Shown: positions 38,458-47,941 of the stretch, one piece after another
How the letters are laid out: every line of letters begins with the position of its first letter
How positions within the stretch are numbered: the first letter of the stretch is position 1
Origin: Candidatus Krumholzibacteriia bacterium
GTDB taxonomy: Bacteria; Krumholzibacteriota; Krumholzibacteriia; JAJRXK01
Assembly (NCBI GenBank): GCA_041484665.1
Contig: JBGPIA010000002.1
Coordinates: 576,001-640,000 of the forward strand
Length of the DNA: 64,000 nt
Direction: 5' to 3'
Made by a program: the position numbers and the translations under genes
The notes under the pieces: generated by a model
Seen by the model: only the letters and a program-made list of their open reading frames with translations
Database searches by the model: none
Told to the model about the DNA's origin: nothing

Positions 38458-39887
38458 GGGCTGCCCCCGTCGCCGTCCTCGTGGTCGGGGATGAGCGCCG
38501 CCAGCCGTGCGCGGATCGCCGCGCGCTCGCCCCGCAGCGCCAGCGAGCGCAGCTCCGCCACCGCGGCACGGGGGTCGAAGCCGCTGGGGATCGCCGGCCT
38601 CGCCACCAGGATCTGGGGGTGCGGGCCGGGACGTGTGGGCTCGGTGTCGGCGAGGTAGGTCTCCTGCAACTTCTCACCCGGGCGCAGCCCGGTCTCCACG
38701 ATCTCGATGCCGTCCTCCTGACCCAGGCCCGCCAGGGCGATGAGGTTCTGGGCCAGCTCGTAGATGTTGATCGCCTCGCCCATGTCCAGTACGAACACCT
38801 CGCCGCCCTCACCTCCGGCCATGGCCTGGATCACCAGCATCGCCGCCTCCCGGATGGTCATGAAGTAGCGCGTGGCGGCGCGGTCGGTCACCGTCAGCGG
38901 GCCGCCCCGGCGCAGTTGGCGCTGGAACAGCGGCACGACGCTGCCGCGGCTGCCCATGACGTTGCCGAAGCGCACCGACATGTAGCGCGCGGAGCTCTCG
39001 CGTGCCGCCGCCTCCACCAGGAACTCGGCGACGCGCTTGCTGGAGCCCATCACGCTGCGCGGACGCACCGCCTTGTCGGTGGACAACATGACGAAACGCT
39101 GGGCCCCCACGCGCTGCGTGAACTCCAGCAGGTTGGCGGTGCCCAGGATGTTGACCAGCACCGCCTCCTCCGGGTAGAGCTCCATGTACGGGACGTGCTT
39201 GTGGGCAGCCGCGTGCAGGATCACGTCGGGGCGCAGGTCACGGGCGAGCACGCCCAGGCGCGCCTCGTCCCGCACATCGGCCAGCACGACGCGTGCGTCG
39301 CGGTAGCCCAGGCCATCGCGGAGCTCCTCCTCGATCTCGAAGAGGCTGTTCTCGCCACGGCCCAGCAGCCACAGGCATCCCGGCTGGAATCCCACGAGGA
39401 TGCGGCACAGCTCGCTGCCGATGGAGCCGCCGGCCCCGGTGACGAGCACGTCGCGCCCCTGCACGGCGTCGCGGATGGGGCCCTCCACCAGATCGACCGT
39501 CTGGCGGCCCAGCAGGTCCTCGGGCGAGACCTCGCGCACCTGCTCGAAGTGGACGGCACCCTTGATGATGTCGCGCAGCCCCGGGACGATGCGCACCGGC
39601 AGGTGAGCGCGCTGGGCCTGGGTGAGCAGACGCCGGATGACGTGGCCGGGAGCCGAGGGAATGGCGATGACGATCTCGTCGACGCGCTCGCGGCGGGCGA
39701 GCGCGGCCACTTCGGCCGTGGTACCCAGCACCGGAATGCCGCCGACGCTGCTCCCGGCCAGCGCCGGGTCGTCGTCCAGGAACCCGGCAACGTCGCGCTG
39801 GTAGTCGCTCTCGCGCGCCAGCTCCTCGGCGATCATGCGCGCGGCCTCGCCGGCGCCCACGATCAGAACCTTGCGTCCTCTGGGCAC
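38454..39887 (-). CDS. CapD/PglF-like UDP-HexNAc 4,6-dehydratase without N-terminal TM region
   Basis: LIVGAGEA, EDLLGR, TGAGGSIGSEL, HAAAHKHVP, STDKAV..MGSSKR, RFGNVMGSRGSVVP, GLRPGEKL. Confidence 0.95.
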   Translation of the reverse strand: MPRGRKVLIVGAGEAARMIAEELARESDYQRDVAGFLDDDPALAGSSVGGIPVLGTTAEVAALARRERVDEIVIAIPSAPGHVIRRLLTQAQRAHLPVRIVPGLRDIIKGAVHFEQVREVSPEDLLGRQTVDLVEGPIRDAVQGRDVLVTGAGGSIGSELCRILVGFQPGCLWLLGRGENSLFEIEEELRDGLGYRDARVVLADVRDEARLGVLARDLRPDVILHAAAHKHVPYMELYPEEAVLVNILGTANLLEFTQRVGAQRFVMLSTDKAVRPRSVMGSSKRVAEFLVEAAARESSARYMSVRFGNVMGSRGSVVPLFQRQLRRGGPLTVTDRAATRYFMTIREAAMLVIQAMAGGEGGEVFVLDMGEAINIYELAQNLIALAGLGQEDGIEIVETGLRPGEKLQETYLADTEPTRPGPHPQILVARPAIPSGFDPRAAVAELRSLALRGERAAIRARLAALIPDHEDGDGGSP

Positions 39888-39906
39888 GGTGCGGCCGCCC
39901 TCCAGC

Positions 39907-42372
39907 TCAGCGCTCGATGGCCAGCGTGAGTTGGGAGCGCCGGCCCTCGTGATCGAGCACTACGAGGTAGAGGCCGCTGGCCACCGGGCGTGTGTCGTAG
40001 GTGAAGTCGCTGGTGGCGATGCGCGCGTCCCAGACCAGATCGCCGGCGCGCACGTCGACCGGCTCGGGCAAGAGCTTCACGCCCGCCAGCGTGTAGATCT
40101 GGACCTGACAGGTGCCCTCGAATCCTCCCAGGCGCACACCGGCCTGGCCCGCGCGCAGCGGATTGGGATAGAGGTAGATCGCAGGCGCGGCGGCAGGGGC
40201 GGGCGTGATCGCCGCCACGTCCAGCACTGCGAACCCCGTCTGCGTTCCGATCAGCAGGTGGTCGCGCGGCGCGTCGTACCCCAGCGCGAAGACGTTCGCG
40301 CCCGGCAGGGGGCTGATGACCTCCGGCGAGTAGAGCTGGCCGTCGAAGGCGGGCAGGGTCGTGAAGGCGTCGACGGCGAGATCCTGCTGGCTGCCCGTCA
40401 CGCGGTTGAGCCCCGCCGCTGTCGCCACCCACAGCGCGCCGAAGTGGTCGAATTGCATCGCCGCCACGTTCGCCGACAACAGACCCGGTCCGAACAGGCG
40501 CTCGCCGAACTGGTCCAGGCCGATCAGCAGCGTGTCCGGGCGGACGTACTGGATATGGAGGAGTCCCTCGTCGGAGCTCCCGATCCACAGCGTGTTGTCC
40601 GGCGCGATGGCGATGGCGCGCGGGCTGCGCAGCGCGACTCCGGAGATGAGCGACCCCTGCAGGCGCGCCTGCCCGATCAGGTCCCAGCGCACCGGATTGA
40701 CCGCAGTCTGCGCGAGCGTCTCATCGCCGGCCGGTCCGTCGGTGTCCCAACGCTGGACCCCCTGGCCGTCCACCGCGATCCACGCGATGCCGCCGGGGCC
40801 GAAGGTGACCCCGCGCACCGACTCGCCGACGAGCTGGCTGTTCTGCAGGCGCAGCTGCATCCAGGAGGTCGCCGGCACCGGGTCGGACGGATCGAGCAGG
40901 ATGTCGATCCCCCTGTCGAGGGTGCTCGTCGGGGAGCCGCCGCCGTCGCTGAGGAACCACAGCCGGCCCACGGGATCCTGCGCCACGACCACCACGCGGC
41001 GCGTGCGGATTCCGCTGTTCTGGTCGGTGTAGCTCTCGTAGACCGCCTCGCGCGGATCATCGCTCGCGTGCGGGACCACGCGCGTGACGCAGTCGGGCAG
41101 GGTACTGACCCACAGCGAGCCGTCGCGGGCGCGCAGCACAGAGATCTTGGTGCGGGCGGTGCACCAGCCCACGCCTGCCACCGCCGCGTCGAGATTGTAG
41201 GCGACCGCGCTGCCCTCGGGTCGCAGATGGGTGACGCCTGCGCGGCTGGCCTCGGTGGCCATCCAGGCTCCGCCGGCGCCGTCGGACGCGACGGCGGCGC
41301 TGCCCCGGGTGCTGGCGCCGAACATGCGCCGCAGGACCGCGCTGGCACCTTCGTCTGCCCGCAGGAACACTGACCGCGGATCCTGAGCGATCGCCTGCGC
41401 ATCGCGCTGCGTCCCGCCCAGCCAGAGCTGGCCGTCGGGCGCGGCCCCGGCGCACAGCAGCTCGCGATCCACGCTCGCCACCGATGCCACCTGCCAGGCC
41501 GCACTCCGCGGGGGGAGCTGATACACGCGCTGGGCGCCGGACACGGGGAACGAGAGGGCAACCACGGTGCTGTCCGAGAGCGCCAGGTTGCGGATCCCCT
41601 CGGCAAGGCCGGCGGCGGCCGGCACCCAGCTCTGCGCCGCGTCGTCGAACCAGTGCACGCCCAGGTCGGTGGCGACGAACACGCCGCGTGGCCCGGCCAC
41701 GATGTCGTAGATGAAGACCCGCCCCAGGCCCTGATCACGCGTCGTGAAGACATTGCTGGCGAACTCGCTCACACCGGCCACCGTGCCGAACCAGGCACGT
41801 CCGCCCCAGGCGGCCACTGCGCGCACGCCGTCGGCGACCAGGCCATCGCCCACGGTGTAGGTGGCCTCCGGCAGCCCGCCCACGATGCGCCCGGCGCCTT
41901 GATCCGTGCCGTAGAAGACCACGTCGCCGTCGGCGGCGAGCGTAGTCACCTTCGGCTGCAGCAGGCTCGTGATGCGCCGCACGGCGAAGGAGGCGTCCAG
42001 ACGGACGATCCCTCCGCCATTGGTGGCGATCCACAGCCGGCCCTGGGCATCGGTCGCGACATCGAGCAGCCCGTTGACCGTCAGGCCCTCGCGGGTCGTG
42101 AGCACCTCGACCGCGAACGTGGCCGGGTCGAGCAGCAGCAATCCGCCCACCTTGTCCGCGCCGGCGAGCCGCCCGTTCCAGGGGACCAGTTGCTGGATCT
42201 CCTCGGCGGGCAGGAATACCGACCAGGCGGACGGGTCGTGCAGGCCCGCTGCCTGCGCTGCGCCGGTCGTAACCCCGCGCAGCGCTGGGGGCGCCGGCAG
42301 CGCCACGAGCACCACCAGCGCGAGCAGCGCCGGCAGCGCGAGCGACGTCAGCACGGTGATGTGTCGGCTCAT
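39907..42372 (-). CDS. Secreted beta-propeller protein with T9SS/FlgD-like C-terminal domain (PorZ-like architecture)
   Basis: Signal peptide; Reg_prop-like repeats (DAQGRLWIAT, DPVGRLWF, DHFGALWVATAAGL); C-terminus YPNP...IYTLAG...VWD...VASGLYLV. ATGA overlap with the upstream gene. Confidence 0.8.
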   Translation of the reverse strand: MSRHITVLTSLALPALLALVVLVALPAPPALRGVTTGAAQAAGLHDPSAWSVFLPAEEIQQLVPWNGRLAGADKVGGLLLLDPATFAVEVLTTREGLTVNGLLDVATDAQGRLWIATNGGGIVRLDASFAVRRITSLLQPKVTTLAADGDVVFYGTDQGAGRIVGGLPEATYTVGDGLVADGVRAVAAWGGRAWFGTVAGVSEFASNVFTTRDQGLGRVFIYDIVAGPRGVFVATDLGVHWFDDAAQSWVPAAAGLAEGIRNLALSDSTVVALSFPVSGAQRVYQLPPRSAAWQVASVASVDRELLCAGAAPDGQLWLGGTQRDAQAIAQDPRSVFLRADEGASAVLRRMFGASTRGSAAVASDGAGGAWMATEASRAGVTHLRPEGSAVAYNLDAAVAGVGWCTARTKISVLRARDGSLWVSTLPDCVTRVVPHASDDPREAVYESYTDQNSGIRTRRVVVVAQDPVGRLWFLSDGGGSPTSTLDRGIDILLDPSDPVPATSWMQLRLQNSQLVGESVRGVTFGPGGIAWIAVDGQGVQRWDTDGPAGDETLAQTAVNPVRWDLIGQARLQGSLISGVALRSPRAIAIAPDNTLWIGSSDEGLLHIQYVRPDTLLIGLDQFGERLFGPGLLSANVAAMQFDHFGALWVATAAGLNRVTGSQQDLAVDAFTTLPAFDGQLYSPEVISPLPGANVFALGYDAPRDHLLIGTQTGFAVLDVAAITPAPAAAPAIYLYPNPLRAGQAGVRLGGFEGTCQVQIYTLAGVKLLPEPVDVRAGDLVWDARIATSDFTYDTRPVASGLYLVVLDHEGRRSQLTLAIER

Positions 42373-44477
42373 GAGCGCGCTCGCGTGGAAACGGGCACCG
42401 GATGCCAGCGGTCGCGGCTCCCCATGAGCCGCCAGAACCCCGACAGGAAGAGATCGAGGTCGAGGGTCAAGGACCAGCGCTCGAGGTACTCCAGGTCGTC
42501 TGCGATCAGCTGCCCCAGGGCTGCCCCCCGGGGTGCCTGCTGCCAGAAGCCCGTCAGCCCGGGCTTCACCGCGAACCGTAGCAACTGGATCGGACCGAGC
42601 TCCTCCTCGACGCCGGCGGGCAGGGGGCAGGGCCCCACCAAGCTCAAGCGCCCGGCGAGCACCTGCACGAACAGGGGAAGCTGGACGATTCCCCAGAGCG
42701 GAGCGCCGCTGCGCCGCAGCACCAGCTCGCGCCAGCGCAGGCGCTGCCGGCGGTGGCCCAGACGCTGCTGCGCGCCGAGCGCGACCAGCCGCAGCGGCCA
42801 TCCCAACGTGCAGCATACCACGAAGCCGGGCAGCGACAACAGGCACAGCAGCGCTCCCAGGGGCCGGTCCAGGAGCGCCTTGAGCCATGCCCCTTCGCCG
42901 CAGGCGGCCGGTGGGCGGACGCTCCACCAGGTGAGCCCGTGGCGCCGCCGAGCGGTGTCCGGCCCGGCGGCGGCCGCGGCCCATGGTTGTTGAAGCAGCA
43001 CGACCGCTCCCCCGGCGGCCAGCTCGCGCACCGCCGCCTCCATCCGCTCGTGGGGGGCGTCCTGTGCGTCCACGAGCACCTCGCCCGCGCGATAGCGCTC
43101 CGCGATCTCGCCCGCCTCCTCCACAGCGCCCAGGCGGCGCAGGCCCGCCGGGACGTCACCGTCGGTCGTGACCGCCCCGGCCACGACCAGCCCGGACCCC
43201 GACGACTGCGCCAGCGTGCGGGCGAGCTGCGCGGCTCGCACCGGGCTGCCCAGCAGCAGGGCCCGCGTTACACCCGGCGCGCCGCCTGCGCCGCCCAGCA
43301 CGCGCTCGCGCAGCAGCCGCGCCAGCTGCAGACCCAGAGTGTACACGGGGAACAGCAGCAGGATCACCGCGCGGCTGAACGTGCGCGTGTGGGAGACGAA
43401 GGTCCCCGACATGACCAGCAACGTCACCAGCAGCGCGGTGCGCCCGGCCGTGAGCCACTGCGTCATGCGCCGCGCCGCGCCGCGCTGCCGGTAGCGCCCC
43501 AGGAGCGGCAGCGTCACCAGCGCCACCAGGTTGGTGAACAGCAGCAGCGGCACGTAGTCGGCGAGGTCGAAGAGTGGCTCGGGGAACAGCGGATCGACCG
43601 CCCGCCGCGCGTAGAACGCGCCCAGGAACGACGCGTTCAGCAGCAGGATGTCCGCCACGACCGCCGTCAGCGTCTCCCAGCCGGGGCGCAGGTGCTTGGT
43701 CACGTACACCAGCGCGCCCCACTTGTCGTAGAAGCTCAGGAAGCTGCGCAGATGGTAGAGCAGCGTCTTGCCGACCCGCCCGCTGCTGCGCCGGTACTGG
43801 TGCACGAACGCCGCGCTTGGGAAGTAGTGGACCTCGTAGCCCGCAGCCCACATGCGGTAGCACCAGTCGACGTCCTCGAAATAGAGGAAGAAGCGCCCGT
43901 CCATGGGCCCGACACGCTCGACGGCGTCGCGGCGCGCCATCATCCAGGCGCCCATCACCCAGTCCACGGGCCGTGGTGCGTCCAGGTCGTCGTCGAGCAT
44001 CAGGTGCGCGCGCAGCGCCGGGTGGGCCGGCCACAGCCGCCCGAGCGGCGTGCGCCGCAACAGGATGGTGGTGAGCGTATAGAAGCGCCGCGCGCTCCGC
44101 TGGACCGACCCATCGGCGTTGAGCAGGCGCGCGCCCAGGAGCCCCACTTCGGGGTGCGCGTTCAGGTAGGCCAGCGCGCTGTCGACACCCCCCTCGCTCA
44201 GCTCGACATCGGGGTTGATCACCAAGAAGGCGCGCCCGGAGGCGGCGGCGATGCCGGCGTTGACCGCCCGCGCGTAGCCCACGTTGCGCCCCATGGAGAT
44301 GACGCGGGCCTGCGGTGCGCGCGCCGCGAGCCGCTCGGCGACGCCATCGCCAGGAGCGTTGTCCAGCACGAGGATCTCGTGCGCAGCGGAGACCGGATGG
44401 CGCTCCAGGCTGTCGAAGAAGCGCTCCAGCGGCTCTGCGCTGTGATAGTTGACCAGGATCAGCGTGAGCTCTGTCAT
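42369..44477 (-). CDS. Fusion of GT2 (WbbL/rhamnosyltransferase-like) with a degenerate WcaJ/WbaP-like phosphoglycosyltransferase
   Basis: N-terminal ILVNY, NVGYARAVN, INPD, FFLYFEDVDWC; then 4 TM helices, a Rossmann-like domain, KALLD, LSLVGPCP, VKPGLTGFWQ, DLEYLERWSLTLD. Confidence 0.88.
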   Translation of the reverse strand: MTELTLILVNYHSAEPLERFFDSLERHPVSAAHEILVLDNAPGDGVAERLAARAPQARVISMGRNVGYARAVNAGIAAASGRAFLVINPDVELSEGGVDSALAYLNAHPEVGLLGARLLNADGSVQRSARRFYTLTTILLRRTPLGRLWPAHPALRAHLMLDDDLDAPRPVDWVMGAWMMARRDAVERVGPMDGRFFLYFEDVDWCYRMWAAGYEVHYFPSAAFVHQYRRSSGRVGKTLLYHLRSFLSFYDKWGALVYVTKHLRPGWETLTAVVADILLLNASFLGAFYARRAVDPLFPEPLFDLADYVPLLLFTNLVALVTLPLLGRYRQRGAARRMTQWLTAGRTALLVTLLVMSGTFVSHTRTFSRAVILLLFPVYTLGLQLARLLRERVLGGAGGAPGVTRALLLGSPVRAAQLARTLAQSSGSGLVVAGAVTTDGDVPAGLRRLGAVEEAGEIAERYRAGEVLVDAQDAPHERMEAAVRELAAGGAVVLLQQPWAAAAAGPDTARRRHGLTWWSVRPPAACGEGAWLKALLDRPLGALLCLLSLPGFVVCCTLGWPLRLVALGAQQRLGHRRQRLRWRELVLRRSGAPLWGIVQLPLFVQVLAGRLSLVGPCPLPAGVEEELGPIQLLRFAVKPGLTGFWQQAPRGAALGQLIADDLEYLERWSLTLDLDLFLSGFWRLMGSRDRWHPVPVSTRARS

Positions 44478-44505
44478 GGTGCAGCGCCGCCGGCCGGCCG
44501 CCCGT

Positions 44506-45213
44506 CTAGCGTCCTCCGAGCACCCGTAGGCGCCACACCATCCACGCCGCCTCCCAGACGATGCGCTGCGACATTTTGCTCATGCCCACGACGCGATCGG
44601 TGAAGATGATGGGGATCTCCTTGATCCGGAACCCACGTTTCCAGGCGTGATAGTTCAGCTCGATCTGGAAGGAGTAGCCGTCGCTGCGCACGCGCTCGAG
44701 CGGAATCCCCTCCAGCGTCCGGCGCCGGAAGCACTTGAATCCGCCCGTGCAGTCTTTGAGCGGCAGTCCGGTCACGAGGCTGGCGTAGAGGTTGGCCGCG
44801 ACCGACAGGATCAAGCGTGACAGCGGCCAGTTGATGACCGTGACGCCGTGCAGGTAGCGGCTGCCCACGATCAGGTCGGCCTCCTGCACCGCCTCGAGGA
44901 ACTTCGGCAACGACGCCGGGTCGTGGGAGAAGTCGGCGTCCATCTCGAAGACGAACTCCGCGTCGGTCTGCTCAAGGGCGTAGCGGAAACCGGCGATGTA
45001 GGCCGAGCCCAGCCCGCGCTTGGCAGGCCGGTGCAGGCAGCGGACGCGGGGCTCGTGCGCGGCGAGGGCGTCGACCGCCGGGCCGGTGCCGTCGGGGCTG
45101 TTGTCGTCGACGACCAGCACGCACAGATCGCGATCCTGGGCCAGCACCTGCGGGATGAGCCGCACGATGTTCTCGCGCTCGTTGTAGGTCGGGATGACGA
45201 CCAGTGCCTTCAT
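44506..45213 (-). CDS. Polyprenol-monophosphomannose synthase (Ppm1/DPM1-like GT2)
   Basis: IPTYNERENI, VDDNSPDGT, GLGSAY, EMDADFSHDP, DCTGGFKCFR, GYSFQIE. Confidence 0.92.
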   Translation of the reverse strand: MKALVVIPTYNERENIVRLIPQVLAQDRDLCVLVVDDNSPDGTGPAVDALAAHEPRVRCLHRPAKRGLGSAYIAGFRYALEQTDAEFVFEMDADFSHDPASLPKFLEAVQEADLIVGSRYLHGVTVINWPLSRLILSVAANLYASLVTGLPLKDCTGGFKCFRRRTLEGIPLERVRSDGYSFQIELNYHAWKRGFRIKEIPIIFTDRVVGMSKMSQRIVWEAAWMVWRLRVLGGR

Positions 45214-45244
45214 GCAATCCTCCGCAGCATCCAGCGGCCCGGCC

Positions 45245-47746
45245 TCACGCCGCGGCGGCCGGACGCCGCCAGGCGCTGACGGCGCCTACCGCCAGGCCCA
45301 GCATGGTCACGGCACCGGCGGAGAGGCTGATCCAGGTGCCCACATGGAAGCTGCGAGCCGTGAACTGGAAGCGCACCACGTGGCTACCGGCGGGCAGCGC
45401 CACCGCGCGCAGCGCGTAGTCGGCGCGCAGTACGGGGGCGGGGTGTCCGTCCACGGTGGCGCTCCAGTCCGGATAGTAGATGTCGGCCGTGACCAGCACC
45501 GCGGGCGCGGGTGCCTGCGCTTCGTACTCCACCCAGTTGTAACCTTCCGCGCGCACGCGCGCGGCCGCCGGTTCGGGCAAGGGCGCGGCTGCAGGCTGCG
45601 GCGCCGGATCGGGCGGCTGTGCGAGGATTACCGTGCGCGCGGGGTCGAAGCCCGGTGCCAGCACGCGGTTCAGCACGCTGGGCGCGGGCTCGCTGGCGGG
45701 CGTACCGCGCGCCGGGTCCTCCAGCTCGAACGCTCTCACCAGCCATCCACGGGGGCGGGCCGAGCGGTTGCGGTAGACCACGCCATCGTCGCCCGCGTAG
45801 ACCGGCTCACGCTGCAGCGACATGCCGTGCGCCTCTAGGGCGTCCAGCCATTCCGGCGGCAGCGGCTGGTCGAACACGACGAACTCCGCCGCCAGCAGGT
45901 TGGCCAGCTCCACGCGCGGCTCGCGGTCGTAGAGGCGCGCGCGGATGTCCTCGTAGGCTTTCAACTTCGCTGGGTGGTAGCCCCCCAGGCTCACGATCTG
46001 CTGCGCTGCCAGGCTGTTGTCCGCCGCCAGGCGCCCCCCCGGCCACACGCGCGGGCGCGGCCCCTGCTGCTTGAGCCAGCGGGTCAAGGCACTGCCCTCT
46101 ACCGCCGCACGCAGTGTGTTCGGCTCCTGCACCACCGCAGGGCTGGGTACGACGACCACCTGGCTGCCCTGGCGCGCCAGACCGGGCAGCGTGCGCTCGG
46201 GGTGGACGATGGGACGTCCCACGGCGAAGTAGTCCAGGAAGAGCCCGAGCGCGATGGCGCCGCTGGCCCAGGCCGCGGGGAGGCGGCGGCGGCCGAGCGC
46301 GACGCAGCAGCCGACGCTGGCCAGGATCAGCAGCCCCAGGCGCACCGCGTCGCGCCGCGCCAGGTCGGCGGCAAAGGCCAGGACGGCCGACGGCAGCTCG
46401 GGCCGCGCCCGCTGCCAAACCGCCATCGAGTTGGTGCGCAGCGCATCGGCGCCGATGGTGCCCAGCAGCAGCAGCACAGCGCCGCAGAGCGCAACGACCA
46501 CGGCGCTGGGCGGCGAGAGCCACCGTGGGCGCGGCACCTGCTCGTCGGCGAGCCGGCGCGCGATGGCGTCCAGCCCCGTCGCCGCCAGCAGCAGCAACGT
46601 CCACTGCTGCAGGATTAGGATCATCACCGGCACGCGGAACTTCTTGAAGCCCGGCAGCGCGCGAAACATCAGGTCGTACAGCAGGCTGTGCTTGCCCATC
46701 GCCACGAGCGTGGCCAGCCCCGCCACCGCCAGCAACCACCAGCACCAGCGGTCGCGGCGCAGCAGCAGCGCCGCCAGCGCCAGAGCGAGCACCGGCGCGC
46801 CCACGTAGTTGGGGTAGTCCGTAAAGGGCATGCCGCCGGCGTAGCTCCCGCGCCCATAGCCTTTGGCCGTGGGCCACCAGAACGTGTCCAGCTCGGAGGG
46901 CGGCAGGCTCCAGGCCGTGGCGTAATCGTAGGTGGTCCCACCGCCCTGACTGCCCGCGCCGCGGATGGAATGCGCCTGGTACTCCCACACTGGCAGGTAG
47001 ATCACCGCGGCCGCGGCCAGCGCCAGCAGACACGCACAGGCCAGCATGGCGGCGCGCTGCAGCGCCGTCCGCCGCGCGGCGGGAGCGCGCAGCATGGGCC
47101 ACAGCAGGATCGCCGTCCACAACCCGCCGGCGAGCGCGGTGTAGTAGACGATCTGCACATGCCCGCGCAGCAACTGCATGGCCAGCGACGCCGCCAGCCC
47201 GAAGGCGAACAACCAGCGCCCGCGGCGCAGCACCCCCTCCAGGCACCACAGCGTGAGCGGCAGCCAGGCGAACGTCCCCACCTTGGTGCCGTGCCCGTAG
47301 GCGCACCACGCCTGGACCTGCGGGATCGCCACCACCAGGGCCCCGGCGGCGGCCGACGCCGGCAGCGACAGGCCACGCCAGCGAGCGTAGGCGGCGGTGA
47401 AGAACCCCGCGAGCAGCAGGTGAACGAGCAGCCAGGTCATGGGGGGGGCGTGCAGATGCGCGTCGAGCCATGCCAACGGCAGCTGCAGCGGGTAGACGTT
47501 GGGCGTGTAGCTGAGGCTGGCGAACGACGGCATGCCGGCGAACACGAAGGGATTCCACAGCGGGTACTCGCCAGCGGCACGCGCCGCGTCGCCCACCACC
47601 TTGAAGGCCTCCGCGGCCTGCGCGTCGCTGCTTGTGTAGATCTTGCCGCGCAACGCGATGTCGGAGTGCACGACCACAACGGCGAACCAGACCACTGCCA
47701 GCAGCAAGAGGAGCTCCGCCGCACCGCGCCGCCTGCCCAGCATCAT
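45245..47746 (-). CDS. YfhO-family membrane protein (GT-C type)
   Basis: PLWNPFVFAGMP, GHVQIVYY, NYVG, FRVP, C-terminal YYPDWSATVDG...RADYALRAVALPAGSHVVRFQF. Confidence 0.88.
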   Translation of the reverse strand: MMLGRRRGAAELLLLLAVVWFAVVVVHSDIALRGKIYTSSDAQAAEAFKVVGDAARAAGEYPLWNPFVFAGMPSFASLSYTPNVYPLQLPLAWLDAHLHAPPMTWLLVHLLLAGFFTAAYARWRGLSLPASAAAGALVVAIPQVQAWCAYGHGTKVGTFAWLPLTLWCLEGVLRRGRWLFAFGLAASLAMQLLRGHVQIVYYTALAGGLWTAILLWPMLRAPAARRTALQRAAMLACACLLALAAAAVIYLPVWEYQAHSIRGAGSQGGGTTYDYATAWSLPPSELDTFWWPTAKGYGRGSYAGGMPFTDYPNYVGAPVLALALAALLLRRDRWCWWLLAVAGLATLVAMGKHSLLYDLMFRALPGFKKFRVPVMILILQQWTLLLLAATGLDAIARRLADEQVPRPRWLSPPSAVVVALCGAVLLLLGTIGADALRTNSMAVWQRARPELPSAVLAFAADLARRDAVRLGLLILASVGCCVALGRRRLPAAWASGAIALGLFLDYFAVGRPIVHPERTLPGLARQGSQVVVVPSPAVVQEPNTLRAAVEGSALTRWLKQQGPRPRVWPGGRLAADNSLAAQQIVSLGGYHPAKLKAYEDIRARLYDREPRVELANLLAAEFVVFDQPLPPEWLDALEAHGMSLQREPVYAGDDGVVYRNRSARPRGWLVRAFELEDPARGTPASEPAPSVLNRVLAPGFDPARTVILAQPPDPAPQPAAAPLPEPAAARVRAEGYNWVEYEAQAPAPAVLVTADIYYPDWSATVDGHPAPVLRADYALRAVALPAGSHVVRFQFTARSFHVGTWISLSAGAVTMLGLAVGAVSAWRRPAAAA

Positions 47747-47816
47747 GCCCCCCTCGAGGAACCCGGCCTGCCCGCCCGCCGCGGCTCCGCGTGCGCGGTG
47801 CGCCAGCTGCCCGCCG

Positions 47817-47827
47817 ATGCTACCACA
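47817..47827 (-). promoter_or_regulatory. Possible extended -10 promoter for the YfhO-like gene
   Basis: TGTG-G-TAGCAT in the intergenic gap. Confidence 0.35.
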
Positions 47828-47941
47828 CGCTCCTGCAGCGGTCGCCGGCGGCCTGCGGCCCGTGCGGCCCGCCGGGCGCTGCCGGCCACCTGGCCCATTC
47901 CGGGCCTGCTCGGTCAGCGCTTCGTCCGGTGCGCCACGCGC

